The notes: generated from the letters alone by a model not told the origin. 64,000 nucleotides of DNA from Octopus sinensis (GCF_006345805.1 NC_043000.1:112344001-112408000), one strand, 5' to 3'. Counted from the first letter of the stretch, positions 24,361 through 37,812 are shown. A program made the numbers and translations.

Positions 24361-24594
24361 TTTTATCTTTATTGCCCACAAGGGGCTAAACATAGAAGGG
24401 ACAAACAAGGATAGACAAAGGGATTAAGTCGATTAGATCGACCTCAGTGTGTAACTGGTACTTTATTTATCAACCTCGAAAGGATGAAAGGCAAAGTCGA
24501 CCTCAGTGGAATTTGAACTCAGAACATAACGGCAGACGAAATACCGCTGAGCATTTCGCCCGGCGTGCTAATGTTTCTGCCAGCTCGCCACCTT
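24361..24594 (-). mobile_element. SINE family A, full length, 17-bp TSD
   Basis: TSD cataacagagtgctttt at 24344-24360 and 24595-24611. Confidence 0.9.
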
Positions 24595-24849
24595 CATAAC
24601 AGAGTGCTTTTACTTCTTTAGTACTGCTAAAGGTGGCTGGAATTCTGCTGTGGCACTATGCTGCCCATCTTACATAAAGCCTGGCAAGAGACAGAGCTAC
24701 ACACATCTTTCCATTCTATTTACTCATGTCAATGGTGTGCCATACACATGGAGGCCACATGAATTTTGGCAAAAAGACATGTAAGCCTTGTTTTGTTCTG
24801 CCTGTAAAGCTGTGATTACATTAGAACCAGGACAGATTGGTGTTACCTT

Positions 24850-25025
24850 TCTTATTTCTTTATTGCCCATAAGGGGCTAAACACAGAGGGAACAAACAAG
24901 GACAGACAAAGGGATTAAGTCGATTACATCAACCCCAGTGCGTAACTTGTACTTAATTTATTGACCCCGAAAGGATGAAAGGCAAAGTCGACCTCGGCGG
25001 AATTTGAACTCAGAATGCAACGACA
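24850..25025 (-). mobile_element. SINE family A, 5'-truncated
   Basis: Alpha tail and central block through the B box. Confidence 0.8.
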
Positions 25026-27147
25026 GAATGACTATGTTCATTAATCTTCTTACTCAAGAACAACTTGGTTCTAAGCAGAACAACACCACCTGATACTTGG
25101 GTGCTTTTCACAGAGTTTGTCCCATTGGCATCATTCAATGCAAACCTCAAGTCCCCCCCTTGTTCATGTTTTTATTCCAGATATTAACCGATGGAGACTC
25201 AACAAACATTAGCTACATTAATCTCAGTCTTCTTGGAGGACCTAAGCATCAATCACATCAGTTTCACCAGTCATAGAAAGCATGAGTATCAATCACATTA
25301 ATCTCATGAATTGTGGAGGGTTTGGACATCAACTGTATTGGTCTTACTGCTAGAAATAGCAACCAAATCTGTCTTGACTTACACTTTGTCATCTCAGATA
25401 AGAAACATAAAAACATATTAGACAATGTATTAATAGTTCCATATTTCTTAAAAAGATGAGATGGTCAGTTGGAATGCCTTTGACCATAGATTTCTTCATA
25501 AAGGTTTGTTTGGGGTTAAATAAAAAGAACAACAACAATAACCAATTTATCACCTGGCTACTTCTACAGCTATCTAGTTTCCACCACCGCCAATACCACT
25601 GCCAATACCACCGCCAGTACCACAACCACCACCACCACCACCACCACCACCACCGTAATCCCTGCTACTCTGCTTTATCCCCTACTGCTGCCATCAGTAA
25701 TTACCAAGTCTACCTCCACCACAGCTATTTTCCACCCCCAACTGTGTGTATATGTACATTTATGTGTGTGTGCGCATGTGTGATATATATATATATATAA
25801 TATATATATATATACGCCTGTGCTTCTGTGTGTGTGTGTATGGGTGTAAACACATGGTTCTGATTGTAAACAAGTGAATGGACATATTCCATTGATAAGT
25901 GCTGCCAAAGAAATTTTTTTTGTTGGGTTCAGCTTATGTAATGTCATTTAGTTCCCATCAAGGGACCCTTTAAACGTTTACTTTTACTGTTCCTTCTTCA
26001 ACAATTTCATCGGTTAGATTACATATCGTTTCAGTTATTCCACCTTTCTCCACCCTTATCTCTTACCCCTAATGCGCCAAACCATCCACACACCCACTAG
26101 TCTGTGACTATTGAGATGGGTGGGGTTCTTTAGAACTGGGTCCAACCTACACATGGAGTTGATACACAAACAACAGCCCCCTTCACTCGTTACTTATCCC
26201 CTGCTTTTGTTACGGCTACAGTTACACCAGGTTGTAGAATTTAGGAGGCCATCCACTCAAATTTCAAATTATCTCTGCTAATGTTTGGTTTGTGGACATA
26301 TCTTGTCAGATAATCTAGGAATGGATAAGGAATCGCAGAAGCAGGCACTGACATTTTCAACTTTACAATTTTCTTTTTGCATTTTTCCTTTTTAGCTTTT
26401 AAATTTTTTCTTAGTATTAGTTAATAAGTATTTTTGTATTCTTCTTCTTCTTCTCATCTTCTTCAGCTTCTTCTCCTCATCTTCTTCTTCTCCTCCTCCT
26501 CCTCCTCTAAATAGAGAACAAAGTGACTTGTGTGTTGGACAAAATGCCTCATGGTGTCTGCTTTTTAACTCTCTGCATTCTGAGGTGAATTTCGCCTTTT
26601 ATCTTCAAAGCAGTGCCCCAGTCTGGTCGCAGTCCAGTGACTGAAACAAATTAAAGATAAATTACTCACCTTTTATTTAACTGTTTCTTTTCCACACTGC
26701 AGTTAACCCTTTCACACATTAGATAACATAAAATTCTGTTGAAAAGATGGGCTGGCCACAGCTGGCCTGTCTTTGACCACGAAGACATCAACTTATGAGT
26801 TGTCTCCTTTCGATCCTGTCACCTGCCATCTTCTGGCACAACTGTAGGTGACTCCCATTACTCATAAGTCTTTCATAAATGTGTACTGATAGGATATTTT
26901 GCTTGGTGTTGAAGGATGGAGAAGAGAAGCTTGTATGAGGTTCCCGTTATGAAGTCTTTATTTATCATTATCAAAAACGTTGTTGCTGCAACAAACAACA
27001 GAAAAAAGATATATAAACCAAGTGAAACAGTTCAACAGTTTGTGTGAGATGTATGCCAGCAATGATAGTAGCCTGTAGCCAATGTTGAGTGATGTAAATT
27101 CATGCAGCTGTGATCTTTGTTGGGCTGCGACCACTGACTAGTTATCA

Positions 27148-27400
27148 TCATCATCATCATCATCGTTTAACGTCCGCTTTCCATGCTAGCATGGGTTGGA
27201 TGATTTGACTGAGGGCTGGTGAACCAGATGGCTGCACCAGGCTTCAATCTTGATTTGGCAGAGTTTCTACAGCTGGATGCCCTTCCTAACGCCAACCACT
27301 CTAAGAGTGTAGTGGGTGCTTTTACATGCCACCAGCACGGGGGCCAGTAAGGCAGTACTGGCGACGACCACCAGCACAGGTGCCAGTAAGGTGATGCTGG
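27148..27400 (-). mobile_element. Short RTE-tail repeat
   Basis: (CAT)n-cgtttaacgtccgctttccatgctagcatgggttgg, reverse complement of 12800-12979. Confidence 0.8.
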
Positions 27401-27969
27401 TAGCAGTTAGTTAGTAGATAAACAAATCCCTATATAGGTAATGGTCTGTCAAACAAAAGACACCAAAGACAAAGCTGTTAATGACATCCCGCTCCTACAA
27501 GAGATTTGAGTGGTCACTTTTTGCTGATGTCATCATTCTTTGACAGAATCTTGTTTATGTTGCTTAGTTGTCTTTTCACCTGAACATAGTGATCTGGGAT
27601 CGATTCCCAGGTAGTGAGTTGCTGTTTGGGGCTGTGCCAAATATTTCTGATAACAATATCTTTCATTATGCTTTCCATGGTCTTCTCCGTCGCTTGCTCT
27701 TCACCAACACCCAGTCCCTGGCAATGTATGCTGGGTGGCAGGAGAAAGGGAAGACTACAGGGTTTACCTGGAGTTAAACAACAGCATCAACAACGTCAGT
27801 TATATTCCTATAGTGATGGTCCCTTATTGATGCTAAGATTTGTTCTTCATCTTTCATGTTAATCCTTGCTTCTGACTCATCTTAATCTGAATCACAAGCT
27901 TCAGACTAATCTTAATCTTGGGATTAATATTATCATGCATTCTGACACATTCGAATTTGATGATAGTTT

Positions 27970-28210
27970 AAATGGCTGTTGCTGTTGATGATAATGTTGA
28001 TGATGATGATGATGATGTTGATGATGACCATGATGATGATGGTGATAACGATAAGGATTGCTGAGGATGGTGCTGCTGCTACTGATGATGATAACATCAA
28101 CAATGATGATAATGATGATGATGATGATGATGATAGTGATAATAATGATGGTGCTAATGACAAGGATGACGACAACAATAATAACAATGATGATAATGAA
28201 GATGTTGAAG
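27970..28210. repeat. (GAT/AAT)n trinucleotide region
   Basis: Direct reading. Confidence 0.9.
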
Positions 28211-28989
28211 ACAGTGTTATAAGACATGATTTAAGGGTGATTTAGCTGCTATTTCTACCATGCAGAGTGATCACATAAAGGCTTTGGCATTTGGATGCAG
28301 AGGTATGTATGGAACCTGTAGACCCTTTACTCGAGAATATTACTGGTATCTAATGACAGTTGTCATGGTGATGGTACTGTTGGTATTGGTGGTGGTGAGG
28401 GGGTGATGGTAGAGCTAGTGGGGGGATAATGGATTAAGCTTGTCTTAATCATTGCTGCCTCTGTTGCTGTCCCGATTGCTGCTGCTTTAGTTATTGTAGC
28501 TACGGTTGTTTTGTTGTTGTTGTAGCTACTACTGTTTCAGTTGTAATCTTTTGCCTCAGGACTTACTCGTTAACAACAGCAGCCATAGCACTCACAGTTG
28601 GCTGCAGCAGCATGGAGAGACTCCCTGGTTGGCATTTTAGTTTCAGACATTATGGATTTAGAACAACATTTGCAATATCTCGTGTTTTTAAGTAGTTAGA
28701 TATGGTTTGAGGGAAATTTAGCTGCTATTTCTAGCACTATGAACAATCACGTAGCAGAGTGACGAGTAAGAATCTCTACAGTGCCCCCCCCCCCCCGCCA
28801 CCAGTGGATCCCAAGACTGGGACAAGAGTCAGCTAAATTATCAAAGGGGACCTGTGGACGTCCTTTGAAGGACAACAGAGGTGCAGCTGATAATGGAACT
28901 TAATGTGCCATGTTCATTATTGTGTCTGGCCCAAGCACAAATTTGGTAGCCATGACAACCCTTGTTTTTGAGTCTGAGAGAGTGTCATG

Positions 28990-29370
28990 AAAAAGCAGCC
29001 AGTACACTCGGTGGTTGGTGTTATGAAGGGCATCCAACTATAGAAACGGTGCCAAAACAGTGGAACTCAATACAGTCCTGTGGTCTGTTGCTGGCAGAAA
29101 CGTTAGCACGCCCGGCGAAATGCGTAGCCGTATTTCGTCTGCCGTTACATTCTGAATTCAAATTCCGCCGAGGTCGACTTTGCTTTTCATCCTTTCGGGG
29201 TCGATAAATTAAGTACCAGTTACGCACTGGGGTCGACGTAATTGACTTAATCCCTTTGTCTGTCCTTGTTTGTCCCCTCTGTGTTTAACCCCTTGTGGGT
29301 AGTAAAGAAATAGGATTCTGTCAAACCATCCAGTCCACGCCAATATGGAATACGGACACTAAATGATGTA
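28990..29370 (+). mobile_element. RTE-tail repeat interrupted by a SINE-A copy (29088-29314)
   Basis: Tail halves flank an almost consensus family A unit. Confidence 0.75.
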
Positions 29371-30372
29371 TCTCAGACAAGTCTATTTAATGTGTTGTCC
29401 TTCCTTTTTAAAGACAATAGAATGTGATTTGAAGGAAGTTTGGTTGATATTTCTAGCAAAATCGAGTGACCATATGTGGTTTCATGATGGTGATAGTTAT
29501 GAGGACGATGTTGGTGGTAGCTGTGAAGGTGAAGAGTGGCAGAATGGTTAGAGCCTCTGCCGAGGTTAACTTAGCCTTTCATCATTTCGGGGTTGTTAAA
29601 ATGAAGTACCAATCAAATACTGAGGTGGATGTAATCCACTTCCCTCAGAGATTGCTGACGTTGGGCTAAAGTCTGAAATCCTTATTGTAAACTAAGTGGT
29701 TGAGGGATTTACTAGAAATAGCTACCAAATTCTGTTTGAGCAAATCTCACCGTAATATTTAAAAAAAAATAGGAAGGACACATTAGATAATATATGCACT
29801 AAATATTTTGCTTTGACGGTTTTTGGTTTTAGGCATATATACACACAGGACAGATACCGAAACCAAAACAATCTGAGTAAATACAAAATTAGTCTTGGAT
29901 ATTCGGAGTAAGGAAACGAATATGTTAAGGCTAGAAAGTCACTTATTTAATGTCATAATTACAGCTTTCGCTGAATAGCCCAATTTTTTTTCGAAAGAAT
30001 ATAAGTGTGTTTTGAAATAGGTTTTCAATTAGTATTTACTTTCAAGTATATTTCTTTTATAAGAAATCTTTTCTTTTTTCTACGATGCTAGTGTAATAAC
30101 TTCCAAATATTAGGCTATTTAGCAATTAAAATAGAGAAAATGCAATTGTACATTCGTTTCGTTTACTCGTGACAACCACGTCTATTTTTGCATTTCTCCG
30201 GCTCGTTTCGGTTTCTCGAGCAATCCTAGTTGTATGTCCCTGAAACTAAAGGCGAAAGCCCGAAAATAATTTGGGGGATTATGTCGAAATAAAAGATCGG
30301 ATGTCACTGATCGAACACCATTGACAGCCCTGTCGTATCAGAGTTGTCACAGAATGAAAGAACAATAACAGC

Positions 30373-30490
30373 CAGGGCCGTCTCAAGACATAGGCACACT
30401 GGGTAAGGCCCAGGGGCCTCACGGGTGTAGAGGCCTAGACCCAGTGCAGTGATCTGCCCGAGGGTCTCTATTGCTTCTAAGACGGCTCTG
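30373..30490. mobile_element. hAT-type MITE
   Basis: TIRs cagggccgtct / agacggctctg (1 mismatch); 8-bp TSD ataacagc / acaacagc (7/8). Confidence 0.75.
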
Positions 30491-30599
30491 ACAACAGCAA
30501 CAATTAATACATGTCCATACAGCTATGAAGTCAACTGATAAAATGAACATGATTAAGAAAGATAAACTGTGAACTTAAGATCAAGTCATGGCTTGTTCA

Positions 30600-32065
30600 A
30601 TACCCAATCACCCTCTCTTCGTGTAACCCATTCTGTCTTCCTCCTTTGCCCTCTCTTTTCCCATTCTTTCACTCTCTCTCGCTCTCACTGACTATTACTC
30701 TCTCTTTCGCTCTGTTTTTCTTGCTCCCCGCTATACACTTTCTCTTGTCTCCCTCTCACTTATTATTTCTCTCTTACGCATCAACCCTTACCCATGTCTC
30801 TTTCGTCGTCCGTTACTTTCACCACCTCTCTCTCTCACATCTTCTAACTCTTTTACATCAACTGTTACTCTCTCACTTTTACCCTTTTTTTCTTCTACAG
30901 TTTCTCACCATTCCACGCTCCTCAGTTTCTCTTTAACCGCTTTACTGAATCTTGTCTATTTTCATCCATTAACATTTCTATTCTACTTTCTCTTTCTCTC
31001 TCTCTCTACAACCACATTTATAATACCCTTTCTCCCTTATTCTCTCTCTTCTCACGCTTTCCTACCCTCCCTGTCTTTCTTTCTTCCTCCCCCCATTTCC
31101 TTTGATCACTCAATTTTCCCGCTCAATTCATCTCACTATTGTCACATTTCTCCTTCCTCAACTCTTACTCTTTCTCTCTCTCTCCTTCACATCTTTTTTA
31201 TCCTATCTTCTTTCTCTCGTCACAATCTACTCTTTCTAATACATTCTGTCATTCTACCTTTTCTTCCTCCTTCTCCACAGCCCTCTCTTACTTCTCTTTT
31301 TCTTACAGTCTTCTTTCCCTCTCTTTATCTGACATCCTCCCCACTCTCTTCTCTATTATATTCTTCTTTCTATCTATCTGTTACATCCCCTTCTCTCTCT
31401 TTCTCTCCTGCTGAGTGTTTTTCTCCCGCTCTTTCCTCATCCCCTTCACTCTCTCTCTCTCTCTATCCCATCACGCATGTGTGCAACAACTTGCCGTCCG
31501 TACGCATGCGTTAGAAAACCTCCCGGTCCTCACACTGACCATGTCCCCTAACATATAAAGGCCATTAGGATGCGGCAAGCTGCTTGAGACAAAATAAAAA
31601 AATAAACAGTTTTCTTTTTTAGCTTGACCCTTCAATGAAACCCCCTTTTTCCTCGTCGTAATAATTACCAAAAAACTATTCAATCGTACCGGGATAGTCA
31701 CATTAACCATTTTCTTTATAGTTTTCTCTCAAGGAATTGGAATTTTTAAAAACTTTACTCTTCCCCTTATGCCTCTCTCTATCTTCAATGATCTACTTTC
31801 TTCTCCCCCTTTATACTATTACTACATCTCTACTTCCCTCCTCTCACCCTTCCTCGTAAACTAGTCCTCCCTATCTTACCCTCTCTATAATATTACTATA
31901 TCTCTCCTGCCTTCCTCTCACTTTCCCTCATAACCATTCTTTCTTTTCGGCCTCTTCCTTTTAGCACTGTTTGCTCTAATAGCACCCAGTGATCTCCCCT
32001 GTCTCCTCCTCCTCCAGTTCTTTTCTGTATATTTCTCTGTCTTTTTCTTTTCCTCCCTTCCTCCG
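30600..32065. repeat. Polypyrimidine (CT-rich) tract with a CpG-containing island at 31470-31760
   Basis: Strong strand asymmetry. Confidence 0.85.
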
Positions 32066-32100
32066 TCAGTAGTTCAACTTCAACAGGCAGTCAGTCATCT
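32060..32100 (+). promoter_or_regulatory. Possible core promoter (Inr-like TCAGT at 32066 and 32091)
   Basis: Motifs sit at the boundary between the CT tract and unique sequence leading to the candidate first coding exon. Confidence 0.25.
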
Positions 32101-32407
32101 TTATACAACCATCCATCTATATACATACATACGTACCCTTAGCTGTATGTATGTATGTATATACATATATCTATCTCTGTCTGTTTAAAATGGATGTATA
32201 AAGCCTAGTGTCCTGCCTCAGAACCATTTATGTATCATACAACAAGGAAAAAAGATCCCACAAACCAGAATTCTAAGCCTGGAACCGTTGCTTGTCTTCT
32301 AAAGAATCAGTGATGTCGACTGTCTCACTTCATTCTTCCGCTAGAGTCTGCCGTCGGCTAAACAATTTTCAACCTCTGGCAAGAATTCCACTTCACTACT
32401 AAACGAG

Positions 32408-32439
<32 letters not shown>

Positions 32440-32931
32440 CCGCCTATATATCTATATAATTATCATGTCTGTTATATAGATATATAGATTCTATATATGT
32501 GTGTGAAGGAAGGAAGAATTCCTTGCAGGAAGAAAAGAAGGGACAGTCGTAGTAAATAGTCAAAGAAAAATTCAGAAGAAAAAAAAAACAAAACCAAAAA
32601 AGAAACAACATCAACAAAAAAAAAAAAAACGAGACAGCGGATAATAATAATTTAATATTAATTAAGAAAGAAGCAAGGGTGATTTTTTTCTCTTTCTTTC
32701 TGTTGAAAATAATTATTTAAGCAATTAATTGGTACCACTACCTCGTCATCTGTGGTCCCCCCGATCTAATTTGAAGAAGATATTTATCGAAAAGTCTGTA
32801 ATTGAGTGTGATATCTCCTCTGTATCAAACGGCAGCAACTGGTCGGTTGATGAGTCTTGTTGCTCCACCACTATTTATTATTATTATCATCATCATCCCG
32901 TAGTAGTGATATTAATAATCTTCATAGTACA

Positions 32932-33018
32932 ATGGAGGCTGGAGACACGGAAGGTTCTACTCTGGAAGAGAGCGATATAATAGAAATCATTCCAACAGAA
33001 GACTACGATATTGGAAAG
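32932..33018 (+). CDS. Probable first coding exon of an unidentified host gene (MEAGDTEGSTLEESDIIEIIPTEDYDIGK, phase 0)
   Basis: acaATGG start context, 29 complex acidic codons, then a consensus AAG|GTAAGT donor. No downstream exon recognised. Confidence 0.55.
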
Positions 33019-33179
33019 GTAAGTGAGAAAGTAACCCAAACCATGGATATATATATGTATATATATTTATATTATTGTTAATTAACTCTCTCGTACATAC
33101 CAGGCCATGATACAGCAACCTATGAATGTGACTATCCAGATTTTTCTACAAACCAAATGATATACACATCAGGGTAGGA

Positions 33180-33700
33180 ATTCTTTAATGGAGATTTGGC
33201 TGCTATTTCTTTGAGGTTCTTTCATAGGCACCGTTAGTGGTTGTTTTTTTTTAAACTCTAGGACAGTCAACTCGGATCACTAGTGATCAGAGTTGACCTA
33301 TGATGAAACGCATTCCGGCCGTGACCAACCCCTCTTTTCTCGGCACTGAATCCTGGACTACATTATCCAACATAGCATTTCTTTCCTTCGACTATAGGTT
33401 GTAATATGAAGAGAATTTAGCTGCTATTTCTCGCATGTTGACCAACTGCTAATGACGTTTATGGTTTTTTTATCCTTATATTAATTAATGTTAATTGACT
33501 GACGGTAATGGGGTTGTTTAAAGCCCCCAGGTCACTCTTGAAACCCAGCAAACCAAAGCAGTTCCAGTCGTGACCATCCCATCTTTTTATTCAGTCATAA
33601 TATATCTAGGACTAACTATAGTGTTCTTTATCACAACTGTAGAGTGGGATTTGAAGACGAATTTAGTTGCTATTTTTAACCATGTCAAACGACAACACAG
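33180..33700 (+). repeat. Cluster of family E copies
   Basis: Three atttagctgctatttc-type ends at ~33195, 33415 and 33660. Confidence 0.6.
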
Positions 33701-34368
33701 AAGTTGTGTTGTCGGCTTGTATTAGTTAATTACAATGGTAGTAGTAATAATAATGATGGTTAATTACACGGTTCTGGCGGTGGTAACATAATAATTACAG
33801 GGCACGAGACGAAGGCTGACAGGACAGCATTAAATCTCACCTCTCTCCAGGTTTCGAGATCGAATTTCACCGGCATCGATTTTATTTTTATTTCCCGATG
33901 AGAACCCCCGTGTGTCAGTTATGTTGTCACCTGTGATGGCCACAATACAGGTATGCAACCGTCTTAAGTGTGTGATTGTAGAGGTGGTTAGTGTTATTCC
34001 TGTTGTGTATGTGTGTTTCCAATTAAAACAAATTCAAAGGGCAACACTACCTTCGCCATACGTCTCTCTCTCTCTCACAAACATGTGTCGGAATGACGTA
34101 AGACAGAATTTTCAATGGCTGACACAGTTACACATTCAATCATCACACAAGGCTGTGAGGGGAAACTTACACTTAGTTACAAGACACACACGCAGTAGTT
34201 ACACACTGTGTTACAAAACACGCAGTGACACAAGTGGACGCGCGCCTGCACACACACGAACACGCACCAGTCACACTTGTAGCTACACATTCAGTCACAC
34301 TCGGGAAACACACTTGTAGCCGCCGATCACTCACTTTCACATCCATCCTTGTAACAGGAAGGATTGGG

Positions 34369-34411
<43 letters not shown>

Positions 34412-34564
34412 GGGTGATTAGATGGTAAATGTTTTTAATTTTCATTCCTTTCGAGAATTTATCCCTAATTAGTGGTTTGAGTTTTCTACTTCTCTTTCTA
34501 GCATAAGGCTTTCCTATTTGGAAGCCTCTTAATGTGTTTTAATGTACACGATATTTTTATGTGA

Positions 34565-34627
<63 letters not shown>

Positions 34628-35405
34628 ATAGTTCTGAACTAAGACATGTTTTCAAATCCAATTTGCAGTCGATTTAATTCAATTATGTCGTGGGACATAT
34701 GAATGTCACGCCATCCTGTCTTGATCACATCTGTGAAAAAGAAATTTAATAAAATCTTGGGCCTGAAAAAAAAAAAAAAAGAAAGAAAACACCCCAAAAC
34801 GAAACGAAAGGGCAAAAAAGTAATCCAGATGATGGAAAATTCTTTAAAAGAAACCATTTTGTGTTGTCGTAATTTTAATATCGATTAATATAGGGTGGAG
34901 AGACTTGAGGTGGAAACCCTAATTAAAATAGGGTACAGGCTTGAGGAAAGATCTCTTACATAACAACAAATTATATATGGAAATATCACTGATATATGTG
35001 TAGTATTTAGTTTTAAACCAATAAAGGTTTTATTGTAAACGTATATCTTAAAAGCACCCATTCATTGAATAACAATGAATACTAGTCATAAAGTAGTGAT
35101 ACCATAAGTATATTTATCTGGAGGTGTGTTTTGGCAAGCTTTCCGGAAAAGTGAAAATATTTGTGACTAATAATAATAATAATATTTTTCTACCTCACCA
35201 TATGATTATTTCTAATTAGCTGTATTAACAATATTAACGCTAATCTACCTATGTGTAAGTGATAGGTTTGCAGTGATCGTCATTCATTTATATGTACGTG
35301 TGTGTATATACATATATATTTATATATACATACTAAATATTTGCAAACATTACTGCCATTGCTAGAACATTAAGTACCTTGTGATAAATTTCTGAGAGAG
35401 AGTGT

Positions 35406-35448
<43 letters not shown>

Positions 35449-35564
35449 TTATTATCTAGGGTAATATAAATAGTTGATAACAACAATAATATAAGTGATT
35501 TCGGGCCCAAAATAGCATTATATAGGTATAGAATTAAAATTTATATCTATCATAAGGACACACA

Positions 35565-35656
35565 AATGCGCCTGCCTGCTAGAAATAAATTTTTAGTGTT
35601 ATTATTGGTGGTTTGAATGAGGGTTTTAGCTCTTATTTCTAGCAGGCAGGCGCATT
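35565..35656. repeat. Perfect 24-bp inverted repeat, 44-nt spacer
   Basis: aatgcgcctgcctgctagaaataa / ttatttctagcaggcaggcgcatt. Confidence 0.9.
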
Positions 35657-36213
35657 CGTATGCCTTTATAATATTTATATGATTGGTGTTAATATCCGGT
35701 AGATCTGGGATCAGAGATGTACTCAGTTATATGTGATTATATATATATATATATATATATATATTTCATCAACAATCGAGTTCTTAGAATTTATTCGTGT
35801 AAACACGTTATATATACTCGCATGTGTGTGGTTAAACAGATCGTGTATTAAATGTATGTTTACTGTTATCTTTGAGAAAACATTTAGTCAGTTGTTAATT
35901 AAAACTGCTATATTTATTATTAGACTAATGGCATTCTTCATCACCGTTACAGTTATCTCATGCACGTTCAGCTAAATCCCGCTGTTAACGAATGATAAAG
36001 CCAAATAGATATCAGTAATAATGTGCGAAGTTTATAATTAGTTGTAATTATTCATTAATAATTAGTAATAGTAACATATATTGTTTATTATTAACAAGTG
36101 ATAAGCAACGCGAATTTAAAAGCTGGTACCCCCATCAGTTTTAGCTTGGCCTTAATACATTCAACATGTTCAGAGCGGAATATATATATATATATATATA
36201 TACACATTTACAT

Positions 36214-36301
36214 ACATCTTAGAGGGAAACCACTATGTGGACACCCTTATGCTAGAAATAGATCCGCATAGTGTCCACATAGGGGTTTCCCTCTAATATG
36301 T
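36214..36301. repeat. 31-bp inverted repeat (2 mismatches), 26-nt spacer
   Basis: acatcttagagggaaaccactatgtggacac / gtgtccacataggggtttccctctaatatgt. Confidence 0.9.
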
Positions 36302-36425
36302 ATATAATATAATATAATTTTACTGAACCTTCAGTCTTTTTATATGCTAGACCATTGATGTGAAATCGATGTTAATTACATTGATATCTAATTTCTCACC
36401 CTCATTTAAAATTTATATATATATA

Positions 36426-36488
<63 letters not shown>

Positions 36489-37755
36489 ATATTATTTATG
36501 AATTGTCTGTATGTTAATGTATTTGCTCATTGATACAGTATTCCAGTACACACAGAGGCAATTTGTGTGTAAGTGATTGGTATTTTAGTGGTGTTCGATT
36601 ATCAAACATATAAAAAAAAAACCCAGAGATGAGATCATTGTGTGAGATGGAGAGAGAAGTATCGAAGCCAATCAAGCGTTTATATGATCGTGTTGACCAC
36701 TGCACGCACCATCCACATCGTTCATATACCACAGCTCATATCTAATTATATTGACACACACATACACACACACATATTTGTTATTGAATATATAAGTCGG
36801 CTTATCATATATTGAATTTTCAATGTTACAGTCGGTCAAAATCTGTCATATCTTGGCTGTATTCAAGGTCGGTGGTTTTATCTGCACACGCACAGTGGTT
36901 TGGCTGTATTGGGTGTAGTGGCGGTGGGGGTGATGTGGGGATAGCGATACGAGGTGGTGGTGGTGGTGTTGGAAGTGGAATAGTTTGGTCCCCTAACTTA
37001 GCAACCGATCGAACAGACCTTTTATTGTCGACTTTCCAGCTGTGACCACCCTATCTTTCTGTTGCTTCTGAGGGCTACGCTGGTCAATATAACCCTTAAG
37101 ACGGTAGGGTATGATCTGAGAGAATTAGGCTGCTATGTCTAGCGACTACGTAGCGGTTCCTTCGTTGCCTTGTAGTAGTAGTAGTAGTAGTAGTAATGGT
37201 GGTGTTGCTGGAGGTGGATAATATTGTGACAAGTCTTCAGATAAAATTTTCTCACGTCTCCCAGCCTGGTTTCCGTCCAGAAAGCAATGACCACCACGCC
37301 ATTTCCTTTTCTTGTCTTGTGTGACAACAGAACTTCTTTTCTTCCACACAGCTTCACACTTACCCTGCTATTATAATCAGGTAGACAAGGGATAGGCCAG
37401 GCCACAGACTACTCTCTTACGAGGCTTCTTTACAGCATTTTAACATTTCATGCTAATTACGAAATCACCAATGGCCCATATGATAATTGACGATGACACA
37501 CGCACACACAGACATACGCACAAATATATACTAAGGAGTCACTGTTGCTGACGAGTAACATTTATGTACGTGTGTGCGCACATATATACACACACACTCA
37601 TACATACACACACGCTAAGTTAACGAGTATCTGTAGACCTGTACTAGTGTGTGGGAGTTTGCTAGCTGCAAATGCAAGCAGTCGTCAACACACACCCATA
37701 TGTATCATATATGTATGTATGTATATATGTATGTATGTATATATATGTATGTATG

Positions 37756-37812
<57 letters not shown>

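Noticed and set aside
27979-28245. Acidic Asp/Asn-rich ORF as a host exon
   Set aside because: A (GAT/AAT)n microsatellite; no convincing splice sites.
30250-30270. ctgaaac..ggcgaaagcccgaaa as a hammerhead
   Set aside because: No CUGANGA core and no NUH/stem I.
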